DNA of 64,000 bases from Spizellomyces punctatus DAOM BR117 (Eukaryota): assembly GCA_000182565.2 (NCBI GenBank), contig KQ257452.1, one strand, 5' to 3'. A program made the position numbers and the translations under genes. The notes under the pieces are model-generated. The model had not been told where the DNA came from. It ran no database searches and worked only from the letters and a program-made list of their open reading frames with translations. Positions within the stretch are counted from its first letter, which is position 1; every line of letters begins with the position of its first letter. Shown piece by piece: positions 1-13,140 of the stretch.

Positions 1-578
1 GGATCCGATTGGTTGCCACTGGTTCTGGTCACGGTTGCTGTCGGGCGGTCGAGGTCCTCGACACCACCACATCGGCGTTCTCATGGTTGACCGAGTCGCG
101 ATGAGGTTGTGTGGGTCGCTATGAGGTTGCAATGTGGGTCGTAATGAGCGTTGCGCAGATGCTTCGAGTCGAGGATGGGTAAAGAGGAAAGAGGGAAAAG
201 GCCCCCCTTTTATAAACCTTCGGCATGCGCCTCACCGCAGTTTAAAAAACAAAACATTACAATACATGCTTCACCGTTTTGAGTGATAGATGGGGGTGCT
301 GATTATGCGATATGATTAACCGGATTATCCGGATAATAATGGGTCTTAGTGCCATTTTCAATCACCTCCACACTATGTTTGTAATGTAAGGAGTGTATCT
401 TTGTCGTCGTCGTTGGGTATACTCTATTGAAACAAAACACAAAATGTTTTTTTCCAAACCCCAAAATACAAAAAAAAATACTTTTTCTACTAAAACAACA
501 ACAACACCTATATAATATATTCAAAAACAAAAAAATAAAACTATACAAACTATATAAAAAAAAAAAAACTCGTCTTCT

Positions 579-2390
579 TTACATACCTACAAGCCTCTTT
601 AAACCCCTCCACCTCCGTTTCTTCATCATACTATCCAAACGAGGGGGCGGGATAAACACCCTCGATTTAGGGGTACCGTTAGAGTTTGTGGGGTGAATAG
701 AGTAGGGTTGGGTGGGTGTGATGGGTTCCAAAAGCAAAGTGTCGTGAGTGGATTCATTGGAATGGGTATTCAGTGCGTTGCAAGAGGACTTGCATGCAGA
801 GGACATTTCCAACACACGTTCACCATCTTGAACCACACGTTGAGTGGTGGAATCTCCACTCCGAATTTTTCCATACGTCCTCCTCGAGCTTTGAACAGGC
901 CTTAAAACCGCCCGTTGAGAATCCAATGACGGCCGCTCAAGTCGATCAATCGTCGTAGAGTACTCAATTAACGCTGTCGTCTTGTCTTTTGGATGCGGGT
1001 CTTCTTGGATCGTAAGCGAACGTCGTGTCCCCGCAAAACTTGAAGTTTTCGCAGGTCGAGGAGAGTAAGTCGTGTTGAGTTTATCATCCCAACGTACAAT
1101 CTCCTCACTCTTTGATTTACGTAACGTGGCTCTCTGTAACTCAAAACAAGGTTCACGGAGTCGGTTGACGCCTAATGTGTAGTTGAGTAAAATGGCGTTC
1201 AAGAGGGCTTCGTTGCCTGAATTTGAGAGTTGGCGTGTGAGGGACGGGAGGGAGGATACCCTAATCTCCTATCCAAAAAAAAAAAAAAAAAAACGTAAAT
1301 ACACTTATCATCCAAAAAAAAAACAATAAAAGACAGTACCTGACTCCACTCCCTCTTCCACTCCTCCAGATCCGAAACCCTCCTTCCCTGCTCTCTAAAC
1401 CCATCCGTCGACACCACACTCTGGAAATTCAACCACTCGTCAATAGTAGGTGTGGTTGGGCGGTCGGGACGTGGACTGGCGGGTGGTGTCACAGGAGTCT
1501 GAATCGGTGGACTGAGAATGGGGGGAAGGTCCAGTGGATGGAACATGGCGCCGAAACCGTTTGTGGTGGAGAGTGAGGAATGGGTTAGTGAGGCTGTGGA
1601 GGGGTAGGATCGGGAAGAGCGGGTTGAGGAGGAGGATACTGGGCGGGAAGTCCTATAATAAACAACATTGTAAATATCATTTCAAAGGATGTTTTATTGG
1701 TACACGTTCAGAGGTAAAAACTTACCGTCTCGTTTTCCGTTCCAACGTATCATTCAACTTTTCCGGCTGGAACGCATACGGATCATTCGCCAACTCCAAC
1801 GGCGGGGTCGGGAACTGATCGACCAACCTCCGAATCCCCTCATTCGTAACCCCCTCCGACCCCGACGCTGACGCAGATCCAGATTGAACAGACTGCACAT
1901 CATCACTTAAGGACGCATGTGCACTTGACGGCGATTTCCGGGAAGGAGAAGCAAGTTCCAATGAATCCCGGGCGTTTTTGATGGCATGGGGATTCACAAC
2001 GGGGCGAGGTCGGGGTTTACGTGGTTTTGGCGTCTCCATCCGTTGAGACTCTACCAAATCTTGTTTACACGCTACAGGTTCTGGACTCGTACTACTACTC
2101 GTAGCCACACCAGCAAAAGGTCCCCGCGGCATCAACAACAACTGCGGAAATAAATTCAAATACCCCTGTGCATGGGATCCTAATCCCGCCGAGGCAGCCC
2201 AATCGTCCATGAGCTTTTGACTTGCTGCGAGGTAATGCAGTAATTCTGGTGTCCATGGTATAGGTGGCCCTTGAGTTGCGTATGGGTGGTAAGGGTATGA
2301 TAGTGGTGTACAAGATGATTGTGGGGGCTCGACGGAGAGACCTAGTACCGGCCGGTCTGGAGCGGACTTGGGTGGTCGTCCAAACGTCAT
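579..2390 (-). CDS. Hypothetical Pro/Ser-rich, probably disordered protein, 3 exons
   Basis: Three long minus ORFs (1722-2561, 1199-1546, 579-1202) join through GT-AG introns (first intron 1725-1653, second about 1340-1270). ATG at 2390 (MTFGRPPKSAPDRP), stop at 579. No recognised domain. Confidence 0.6.
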
Positions 2391-2832
2391 GTCTAAACGC
2401 GAATGTCCGGAATGTTGGTTTTGTGGTTTCCAAATGGACAATGAACACACTCCCAAGAGTGTTGTTGTTGTTGTTTTTTCGTAGTAGCTTGTAGGAAAGG
2501 TAACTAGGTTCGAAAACTCCCTCCACCAACAGAAACCTCCTTTGAACCCGCGGATAAACAACTCAATCTTACGTCAAAGAAAAACCCCAAGCGTTGCCCA
2601 ATAAGAAAACCTTAAGCTCCTTGCCAGTTGCAAACAGTAACGGGCAAATCTCCTTGTCAACTCGGGCAGCTGGCTGTCAAAACAGCAAAAAGCTCAAAAA
2701 GCAAAACGCACGACGATCGATGCGTTTACTCAGCCAAAAACGAGAGCCCAAAAACCCAAAATTCATATAAAAAACAGTTCAATTCCTGTTTATGTTCTTG
2801 CTTTTCCCGAGGGTTTTCTTTTTTCTTTTTCA

Positions 2833-2868
2833 CCTCCTCCTCCTCCTCCTCCCACCATCATCATCATC
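2833..2868. repeat. Compound (CCT)n/(CAT)n microsatellite
   Basis: cctcctcctcctcctcct...catcatcatcatc in an intergenic region rich in A/T homopolymers. Confidence 0.7.
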
Positions 2869-3598
2869 CCTCTAAAAAAAAAAGGAGAGACTTCAATAAT
2901 AAACTCCCCCCAAATCTCCTTAAAAAAAAAAGGAACACCTTTCAAGTGTGAAATCCCAACTCTACGCGCGTCCACGATCCCATCTCTTTGTTCGCATGTG
3001 TGTTTCTTTGGGCTTTTTGTTTTGTTTGCACCATTCGATCGACAATCATTTTACTTTATCTTAACAAGTTGTGATTGGTGTTGATCAAAACAGGTAAAAG
3101 AAGATGGCAGAGTTTGGGACAAAACTCCTTTCAAGACGTCATTTACTAGAATGCGTGATCTGTTTGGGAGGAGGTGGAAGAAAAGAGCCCTTTTGGTCCT
3201 TTTTTTCTTTTTAAGTGGCAATTGGGTATTGATACAAGAGTAGGTCAGCGTCCTTTTTATAGAGAAAAGCGTCCCGTCTGTATCCCTCCGTCTTTAAGGT
3301 AATGTGGATATCCTGTTATACAATGGTCTTGTCGAAAGATGTTTTGCAGTGACTGTCTGGTTGCGTGGGTGTTATTATTATCTTTCTAGTATCAACTAAT
3401 AGTATGATTGTGTGGAGTAGTGCATATGCATTTTTGGCAGTGATGTGTGCAGCTGAAGAGTCTCGCAAAATGAAAATCAGAAAAAATGCCACTACGTTGA
3501 AAAAACCAGATGCATGTATTAAAAAGATTAAAAAAATATCGAATGCTATGGGGGGTATTCAAGTGTTTGGGTATGATGCATCAACTTTTTTTCCAAAA

Positions 3599-5053
3599 TC
3601 AGGATCCGCCTTCCTTTTCTTTTGCAGGGGGACCGAATGCCGTCCCTGACTGACTACGCAAGAGTGCGGATTGGAGTACCCCCAATCTCTCTCCCTTCCC
3701 ACTTTTGCCCATCGTCCCCGTCCCACTGTTGCTCAGCGTTCCCATCATGTTTGCCAATGCATGTTTACCCAGCGTCCCTATTGTCGCTGTTCCACTCCGA
3801 GTGTCAGGCATGGAAGCCGTCTTGCTCAAGCTGAATCCGGGGTCCATCACTTCGGGCGGGTGCATCTCACCCCAAATGATGCTGATAAAGTTGCAGACAA
3901 CGAGAGATGGGACGCTGACAGAGGTTCCAAAACAATGAATGATTGCCAACCATCGAATCGAAATCATCTGATAATGTGGAAAATACCCTCTTAATCTCAT
4001 ATACACCAACAAAATCGCCAGCAAAAGCAAAATAAACGTACCGCATCCTCAAGTACCGCAAACAACGAGAGAATAATCCCAAACCACACAAAAATCATCA
4101 CCCACGTCACATTAATCACCTTCATCTTTTTTATCGCTTTTTTCATTCGACTCCGACTGGCTTCCGTCCCACTCGCTGTGGTCCTCGTCCCAAGTGCCCT
4201 CTCAATATCCCGCGCAGAGGCCCCCGCAATCCTGATAATCTGCCTCCCAAAAAACCCATACGAAATCCCAAGCATGACGCACCAAAAACTCGTGACACCC
4301 CACAACCCGTGCGAATAATTGTCAAACTTGTCCCATTCGCCCTTTTCATACGCTTGGCCACATAGGAACGCGAATGGGATGAGCGAGCTACTGTGGATGC
4401 CATATGTTGTTAACCGGATCTTTCGGAGGGCTCCGTCCGATGGGAGCCAGACGTTTGGGGCGTGCCTTGGTGTTGTTTTCACACTAGATGACTTGGCATT
4501 AGAACTTATAGTTTGCGAGGTCGTCATATGCGTGCCAAGACTTACACTGAGAAAATATACGTCCATGCCGAGAGCATACCACCCAACCATGCAAAATCAT
4601 GAATAAAGTGATTCAACGTCATCGTGTTGCTTGGATAGAGATTGCCGGCCAGTAACAGGCAATGAACAAATCGTGCTGTATAATATTATCAGCTGTTCGT
4701 TTATTGAAAAGCACTTTTAAAAGTCGATATGGACATACCAATACCGAACCAATTACTCATAACAAAGATATATGAATCCAAGGTCGTGAATCCTTCATTC
4801 CATATTCTATGCTTCTTGATTCCACATCGGTAAAAGAGAATCCCGTTCCCCATAATGAAAAGTGTAATCGCCACGACGGCCGACAGGTAGTTGATAGCAA
4901 TGAACCATTCCGAGTCGGGACAGTCTCGTACTTCAATATACCAACTACAAAAAAAGCAAGTACCGTAAGTAACAGTTTGACTGTATGATTTATTCCTGTT
5001 CTGTGTTGTGTGTCTTACTGGCATGCAGGAATTGGATGTTTGTTCAGTGACAT
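3599..5053 (-). CDS. Orphan seven-transmembrane (GPCR-like) protein, about 5 exons
   Basis: Spliced model MSLNKHPIPACHWYIEVRDCPDSEWFIAINYL... gives 7 hydrophobic segments, a basic loop before TM6 (RSRMKKAIKKMK) and a Ser/Thr/Gly-rich C-tail. Confidence 0.7.
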
Positions 5054-5345
5054 TGTCAAAGACAAAAAAGAAACAAAAAGAAGGAAGGAAAACCGGTTGA
5101 TATAAAAACTGTTCAAGACTTTAGAATGGGAGACGGTGCGCTTAATGTTCAAAAGTTTATTTACATTTGACAGTTATTTGGTTATGAGCCGTGGCTGCAA
5201 ACACTGTTCTAAAAATAACTTTACATGCAATATCTGATCACGCCTTCCTATGCATGAATTAAAAATACGTCTATCGAAAATAATAACAAGGAAAAAGAAT
5301 TCTAACATTTGAGGATATCCAAACATTAAACTGAAGTCGATCGAG

Positions 5346-5354
5346 ATGAGTCAT
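5346..5354. promoter_or_regulatory. AP-1/Gcn4-type bZIP site ATGAGTCAT in a divergent promoter
   Basis: Perfect 9-mer between the 7TM and DUF6787-like genes, directly followed by GACGTGA. Confidence 0.45.
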
Positions 5355-5491
5355 GACGTGATTGGATACACATTGTAGCCGATTGGAATGATTGCATCGG
5401 ATTCTTGCTTGCGAGTCGCTAATTGCTTCCGATCGGGACAAACCGACCAAAACACAATCTGTCACTTTTTTACATTTCAGTCTTTTTGACG

Positions 5492-6209
5492 ATGCGACTG
5501 GTCCCCTACTTGTCACGCTCTACTTATATTTTCACAAGAGCAAACACACCATTATATCGCTCCCGTCTTGGACTTGGCCGTGTCCACCATTTTCATAATT
5601 TAACCATGAGCGCACGGACAGTGACATGTTCTGGGTCACTGGTTTTGACTAGACCAGGCAAACCCGCATTTTCAACCGACGCACCCAAACAACCACCCAC
5701 ACCTGAGCAACTCGCTCAAGCACATGTCAAAGCTACCACACAGGATCCAATAATCAACAAACCGGATCAGACGACACCGTTTCCGGTTTTCGCGACAGAG
5801 GGAGTGACGCCCAAACGGGCTGAGAATGTCCCCAAGAAACCGACTCCAACGACTCATCCACGGTTTTCAAGAGGATGGTGGTGGGATTGGGGTATTGTGT
5901 TTTTGGTGTTTGCCATTACGGGGAGTACGACAATGCGGGTTGTGAGGCCCTTGGTGTCACAATTGTTTGGTGTGGAGGGTATGTTTTCCTCCTCTTTAAC
6001 ATCTTTCAACTGATGGACTAACATCTTATCACTCACTAGGTACGTTTATAGATGGTCCGTGGGCGTACCGACTACTATACCTCTCGACAACACTCCCACT
6101 CTACTCTCTCATCCTCATTGCAGTTGGAACGGCATTTGGTCGTGGAGCCTATTTTCGTGCTGTAGCATATAGAATGTGGGGACGGTTCTTACCGAACCGA
6201 AAGCGATAG
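5492..6209 (+). CDS. Small membrane protein, DUF6787-like, with a putative mitochondrial presequence
   Basis: Arg/Ser-rich, acid-free N-terminus (MRLVPYLSRSTYIFTR). Motif IVFLVFAITGSTTMRVVRPL...YRLLYLSTTLPLYSLILIAVGTAFGRGAYF. Intron 5979-6039, TAG at 6207-6209. Family assignment is from memory. Confidence 0.65.
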
Positions 6210-6392
6210 TTTCAAATTCTGTATATATATTCTGGCAACCACCATAGAAGCACGGTACGGTAGAATTCTGTACATTATTTACATTTTTTTTTGAAAAAAA
6301 AAAAAAAAACAAGATTGTCTCGTAGTCGTATTTTGTTTTGTACAAGTAGGCTTAAAAAGGTTGCAGGGTGTGCTACAGTGACAAACTGTTCT

Positions 6393-7532
6393 CTAGAAAA
6401 AGGTTCGTAGATCCAGCTTGTTGGATTGTTGTGTGAAAGAAGGTGATTTGGGGATACCGCTAGGAGATTTGGCGATATTTCGAACAGGGATGGGTTTCTT
6501 TTCGGCCAAGGCTGTCGCGCACTCTATTTTCACGTCAGGCGTGGAATGAGCAAACCCGCGATGCCCATAGTCATTGCTATTTAAACAAAAGAGTAACGTA
6601 TGTTTACCTTGTAGATGATCTCTGATCTCCACTGAATAAGCCCAATCAAATGGCGTCCACCCTCGCTTGTTCTTTACATTGTATTGTGCACCATTGTCCA
6701 TCAAGAGCGTTATCGTGTCAAAGTACCCCCAGGCGGCAGCACTGTATGAAAAAGCATACTCAAAACCCCATTCACACCAACCGCGTTTTTGCATACGTGA
6801 AAACATACTGGTGAAGAGGTGCTGATCCGGTGCTATCGACTGAATTGATATCCGCGCCCTTGTCCAGCAATGACTACAAGCGGATGTGAGCGGCGATGCA
6901 GATCGTAAAGTTCATGATAAACTTTACCTGTACGACTCCATTCAGACCCCGTTCGGTCGCGAGTATCAAAGCAGTCTTGCCTTCATCGTTTGACATGTTG
7001 ATCGTGTGTGGATACCTTGCGAGATAATCGTGAAAAGCCTTCAGGAAGCCATGATAGATATAAAAACGGCTCCATTCTTTTCGCCATGCTTCGCATTTTT
7101 CGTTAATGACCTACTTCTTCATTTTTATAGTTGGCTGCAATTATGAGAGCGGTGTTGTTGGCAAAGTCCTGTATGAAGAACAATATTTGGCGCGCTTTCT
7201 TAGTCGATGGACAGTTTGGCCTTCAACAATTCGCATACCTTGGATATCTCTTTTTCGTCATGTCCGCTATCTAATAGGTATGATACAATCTCATTCTGTC
7301 CATACCGTATGGCATAAAACAGTATCGGCCTGTTGAAAGTGGAAGCACCTGTTACACTTGGCACGCGGCGAGAAACAGACTGGAAAGAGCAAGACCGAAG
7401 TGCTTACCATCCATTTAGGGGATCTGGACATCGCAGAGGCAGCTTTTTGCGGGTGATAAACCGCTTCACTTGAAACAGATTGCCTTCTGCCACCGCGGCA
7501 CGCAAGAGGTGGTGGTATATTTCATCGGGCAT
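6393..7532 (-). CDS. AVO2: Ankyrin-repeat protein, Avo2-like (TORC2-associated)
   Basis: N-terminus LLRAAVAEGNLFQVKRFI...DPLNGW resembles yeast Avo2 (LREAIIEGNLLIVKRLL...DSENGW). Ankyrin motifs GKTALILA, GSAPLH, GWTPFD across several exons. Confidence 0.75.
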
Positions 7533-7781
7533 GGCGATATGGAGGGGGATGACAGACCCCTCATTCAGGACCAGAGAGACCAACGTGGATTCATGAGTAA
7601 GCACGAGCTGGCGTGTTGACACGTGATGGAATTTGATCTTGACTGTCCATCGTATAAAGTGTGCAAAAGGGCGTCGCGGAGATCTCGTCCAGAGTTGGCG
7701 TTTAAAGGTTTTTGCTCAAGTTGCGGAGAGTATTTCTTATTTTTTCCAGGTTGACGGCATCGAGTCGACTTGATTTGTCGC

Positions 7782-9722
7782 ATGATGCCCCCCACCAAAC
7801 ATGCTGAACCCGCAGAGCCCTACGACCTCTTGTCACCAATCGTCCGCGTAACAGACTGGTGCCTTTCATGGCGCCCAGTTCGTTACCTCGTCCTCATTAG
7901 TCTCCAACCCTTAGTGGTTGGTAGATACATTTACGAGCGGACAGCACCCAAGCGATTTGTTTCGACCGCGTTGGGAATGTCTGGGAGCCCAAAGAAGGGG
8001 AGACAACGAACAAGCTCGACTGATTCGCATTCTAGCGATGTGAGCGTCGGGGATAGACGACGGAGTAGAGTGCGAACAAAGTTTCATCGTAACTCTGTGA
8101 CAGGAGCAAGTGATTTGGGGAGCGAGACGAGCGGCTCTGTTTACAGTGGTGCGAATCGCGTTCTTGACTTTTTGTCTTTGATGCGCGTCCTGATGGATTT
8201 TTTTACCCTAAGTTGCTTCAACTATACCCGCTTCTTTACCCCCAATAAACCGAATGGCTGTCCTTCGGACACCTGACTCTTGCTTTAAAGATCTGGATCA
8301 GTTCTTTCCTTACATTCCACATTATTTCAAAGTGGGTCCAATGAGAGTCCATTACGTGGACGAGTACATCCCGTCGCAATCTGCGAATGGTTTGCCAAGT
8401 AAAACTGTCGTGCTACTCCACGGAGGTGAGAGTTGGATGCTCCTTACCAATAGATGTGATGATGGTTAACTGAATGGTCCGTATCTTTATCTTGGCAGCA
8501 TTGACGTGGAGTTACTTGTATCGTAAAATGATAACGCCACTTATACAGGCTGGCGTGCGCGTGATTGCGCTAGACTTGCCTGGGTATGTCTTACTGATGT
8601 ATTCTCAACCTCCAATGCATCTAACCACAATTGGCCATACTAGCCACGGAAAATCTGACAAGCTCACCTCTTCAAATACGTCCCTCCTTCACCTTCAAGT
8701 GGCAGCAGTCCGTCATTTTCTCACTACCTTTTTTACACCGGAGATGGATGTGACGTTGGTTGCCCATGGTTGGGGAGGCACGGTCGCGTCGATTACGTTG
8801 GCGGAGATGGGCGAATTTCAGAATAGGGTGACGCGGCTGGTGCTGATGAATACATTTCTACCTCCGCACCAGGTATGTACCATGTCTAAAGTGAGATTCT
8901 ATATGGGTGTTAATGTGTTCGCATGACTTTATAGGAGGAAAGTACTGGGCGTGAAATCGAGAATTCGCTGCTGGCAGCCACGTGGTTTTATTGCTTCCGT
9001 ACGATAACGTCCGTGTCGACCATGATACGGAGTGCTTCTGCGATATCTACTCGCAAGTCGATTGGTGTTACTGAATCAAGAGGATATGATGCGCCGTGTA
9101 GGTCATCCTTGTTCAAATATTTCAGCGTTATAAATCTGATTGTTGTTGTTTTAGATCCAACTCTCAACCACCGTCTAGCACCTTCGGCTCTCCCCAGGAT
9201 TCTTCCCTTGCCACTCTTCTCCGACCCTCTCATCCTCCGCATACGTGAATTGGCACCTTTTTTGAACAAAACACCAATGATTCGCGAATTGTTTACAAAC
9301 AACGCTGATGTGGAGGTGGAGACCGAAAAGGCAAAATTATTTTTGGCAGATTATGCAAAAAGGGTTAGGACGTGGGTTGATGGGCGGATTGGCGGTGCGA
9401 ATATCGTGAGAGCGAGAGAAAGGGCGTTGGTTATTTGGTAAGTCAAATGTTGACCCCCGGTAAAGCCTGGTTTTCACTGATTTGACCAACAACTCTTGTA
9501 GGGGCCGCCAAGACCGTCTGTGGGGTGGATTGGGAACGTGGTTTGCCGACTTGATGGGATGCCGATGTGTTTACTTGGATGGGGCCGGTACGTTGCATGA
9601 AGTTGCAGAAATTACGACACAACTAGGATTCATTTTTGTGATTTTATCACATAGGCCATTACCTTCCCGAAGACGATCCAACTGGCGTCGTGCAACATCT
9701 TTTGGAGTTTATAAAGAATTAG
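7782..9722 (+). CDS. Alpha/beta hydrolase, haloalkane dehalogenase (DhlA/HLD-I)-like, nucleophile Asp replaced by Gly, about 140-aa N-terminal extension
   Basis: VLRTPDSCFKDL, RVHYVDE, LLHGALTWSYLYRKMI, RVIALDLPGHGKSDK, VAHGWGG, RLVLMNT and GAGHYLPED parallel the DhlA motifs. Multi-exon. Confidence 0.85.
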
Positions 9723-10134
9723 TATCTTGAGTGATGCGTTCGATAACCATTTTGATTTGTGTTAGTGAGGGATTGGAGGGATAGTTTTTGGTATCTTTCG
9801 CGGATCTGATGGTGTGGGTGTTGTGCGGAGCTTCTAGATGTATTTTGTGCAAGTAGAGATCAACCCTCAGACTCCTTCATTCTTTGCGAATCAGCTCTTG
9901 GGCAAAGGCTGCCATTGCTAAGGTCCATCATGTTGATCGTGTACCACTATGGTAAGCGTTACCCACGAATTATAGCAATTAGACTTTGAAGCTCCACGAC
10001 GCAGAGCAACCGCCCAAAATCGGCGTGAAGGAAATAAAGCTGGTGACTTCTGGACAGAAAGGAGTTGTCGCAGAACAAAAGGAGCTCTTTGCTTTAAAGT
10101 TTTTGGACACGGTGATATCTGTCATTTCGCGGAA

Positions 10135-12733
10135 ATGGCTGGGTCAAAGGTAACCGCCGCCTACGCTTTCTTGAAAAATACTCTTTGGTCCTAATGTACA
10201 ATGCATAGAAAACAAGTCCGGAAGACGGGTACTTTCTTCACTCTCTCAACAGCCCTTCAGCGACAGGCTGGACTCTCCGCTTTCTCTGCGGAATATTGGA
10301 ATATTTCGGATATGCCCTTGGGATCTCGTACAAGATTGCTGGGGACAGTAACTTGTTCTTTTTGCGCAAGAAGCGCTGTTTGGAAGTGCCCACCTACTAT
10401 CCGGTGGTAGAGGACAGGACTCAATCCCTGGCCACTGACAAAGTGAGCAGATGAGATGGTTGCATAAATGCTGAAGAGATTATCCAAAACTACGATGCTC
10501 ATTACTAACTCCAATAAGCAGGAGACTCCCATCGATTTGGTTCCCGTCGCCGAGTCTGGGCTCGAACTCGGAAACCGCATCTTTAGATCCGTGATGGACT
10601 TTCATCAGGCTTACAAGTTGAAATTAACGACACCCGTCGAGGTGCGATTATGTCTTACTTCATCAGAACACATTTGGACCGCGCATCCACCATGTATTCG
10701 TATCTCCATAGGTGGCAGAAGCTGTCGTAAAGGCCATTGATGCGAGCAATACGGTACACAGTCCACCTTTGCTAGCTGTCATCAAGCATAATCAGGATGA
10801 TATTTTGCGGCAGGCCCGAGGTAGAGTTATATTTTACTCATATCTGATATCTATGCGATAACGTACTGATTTCACACGGTTCAAAGAGTCCAATGAACGA
10901 TATCTTGCTGGAAAATCTCTTTCGGTTCTTGATGGCGTTCCTATTGGTAAGTGCTTGGACTTGATTAAACATGGAGACTTTATTATACCACATCTTGCCT
11001 TATCACGTTTATTTCAAAAGCTGTAAAGGACGATACGGACGTTGTCGGATATGAAACAAGTGCGTAGCATGTTAGCCCTATTAATTTTTAACTTTTTGTC
11101 TCAGATACATGCTCTGCTTTCTTCAGACGTAGGAACCACCTGCATTAGCATCCATCCAGAAAGGGACGCGACCTGCATCGCCAACTTGCGTCGCGCCGGC
11201 GCAATCATCATCGGAAAGGCAAACATGCACGAGATTGGGATAGACGTTACAAATTGCAATCCTTGGAGTGGAACACCTCGAAACCCATATAACACCAATC
11301 ACTTCACGGGAGGATCTTCCGGCGGCTCAGCTTGTGCTGTAGGCATTGGATTGTGTCCCATTGCAGTAGGAGCAGGTCAGAATTGGCGTCAGATTGGGCA
11401 TAGTAGTACAATGAACCAACGTGCATGATTCCAGATGGCGGAGGCAGTATTCGGATTCCTAGTGCGTACTGTGGACTGTATGGGCTCAAGCCAACTGCCG
11501 GGCGTATTAGTGGGGACGGAGCATTCCCGCTGGCACCGACGGTTGGAGTTACAGGACCCATTGCAGCCACCGCGGGCGATTTGGCTATAGGGGTAATTAT
11601 TGAGGAGTGGACGTGAATGGCACCCTGGCTGACGTCCTCCTCACTCTTCATAGTACGCGCTTTTGGCAGGCCCTGATGAGAATGTACGTGCAGAATATCG
11701 GCTTGACATGACGACTCTGTCTGTTAATGACTTTATTGATTATACAGGATACCAATACTCTCAAGCAGCCTCCCATTCGACTTGAAAGTTTCAACTCGAT
11801 TTCTTCATTGGAGGACGTTCGCATTGGCGTATACCGACCGTACTTTGATAATGCTGATCCTCAAATCGTCAAAGCATGCGACGAGTTTGTAACGCGACTT
11901 GAGTAAGGATGCAATCGTACTTGCCCTCCATGTCCATCGACATATTTTTCGTTGACTGGTTGATTTTTCATGTGACTAGACGCCGGGGTGCCAAAGTAGT
12001 TAATATCATGCTGCACGACCTCGAAGCCATGCGTGTTGCACATGCTAATACAATTACATCGGAAATGGGTGCTGCAACCGCAGGAATTCCTCGGCACAAG
12101 TTTTCGTATTCAACCCGGATGGCCCTGGGTGTGACTGGGAACCATATCACAGCTGCGGTAAACAGGCCAAGTCTCTCGCCTTGATCATGCTCCCTATCAT
12201 CTCAACAGCGTATCTCTACAGGATTATATCATGGCTGCACAGATTCGTACTAGAGGAATGCGAATGCTCGAAGGCGTCTTTAAGGAAGTGGATGTAATCG
12301 TGACCCCTACCACTGGTATCACTGCCCCCAAGATTCCTTCCGGTGCTTTGAAATGGGGATTTTCCGACTATACAACCTCTGGAAAGGCTATGCGATTTAT
12401 TTGTAAGTCCTCACCCCATTAAATTATCAAAATGATTGTTGCTTACAACCTCCTTGCAGTCATGGCCAATCTACTGGGTATACCAGCGATATCAGTACCA
12501 GTCGGGTATACGCCAGAGGGATTACCGATTGGCATGCAGTTTCAGGCAAAATGGTGCGGGCGACTATGAAAACTGTCTCATTGGCGTTTTTACTAATTCA
12601 ATTCTGTAGGTGGAATGAGGAGCTTCTGCTCCGTCTGGCTCACGTCAGTGAGGATTTATTTGCCGCGGAACGCCGCAAGCCCGCAGTATTCTACGATCTA
12701 TTGGGAGCCAACGGCGTAGACTCTGATGAGTGA
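10135..12733 (+). CDS. Amidase-signature enzyme, fatty acid amide hydrolase-like
   Basis: LDGVPIAVKD (catalytic Lys), [60 protein letters not shown]. Many short introns. Start [13 protein letters not shown]. Confidence 0.9.
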
Positions 12734-13140
12734 TGGAGCGATGTTGCAGCTGAGCTACTATGTGACCTGGCGCCTGATGGATATATAGCCTTGATCTTAG
12801 TTTCTTTTTACCTCGTTTGCTACCGAATCAGAATATGTGACGAACAGTTTATCAGGCAATCCCCTATTTTGGCCATGATGCGCTCCACGTTCGTAATCTT
12901 GCTTGACAAACACTAAACTCTTTTCTTGCGCATCAGCTTCAGTTTATCAATACACAGCAGGATCCATCCTACAATGGAATCAAAGGATGGCTATGGTATC
13001 ATGCAATCCCCGAAATGCAGTCTCTCACATTCAAAAGTGTCGCGACTACACATGATTAAGTATATTTACCAACAAGCCACTGCCCAGAATTGCAGATAAC
13101 ACATTCCCTGGCGCACTCGCCAAAACAAGATGTCGCCATG

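Noticed and set aside
1-84. Possible start of a minus-strand gene (ATG at 84, TATAAAA near 208-214, short imperfect 21-bp repeats at 101-145)
   Set aside because: Only 28 codons are visible at the window edge and there is no recognisable homology.
303-696. Short Lys/Phe-rich ORFs
   Set aside because: Artefacts of poly-A/T tracts in 3' UTR or intergenic sequence.
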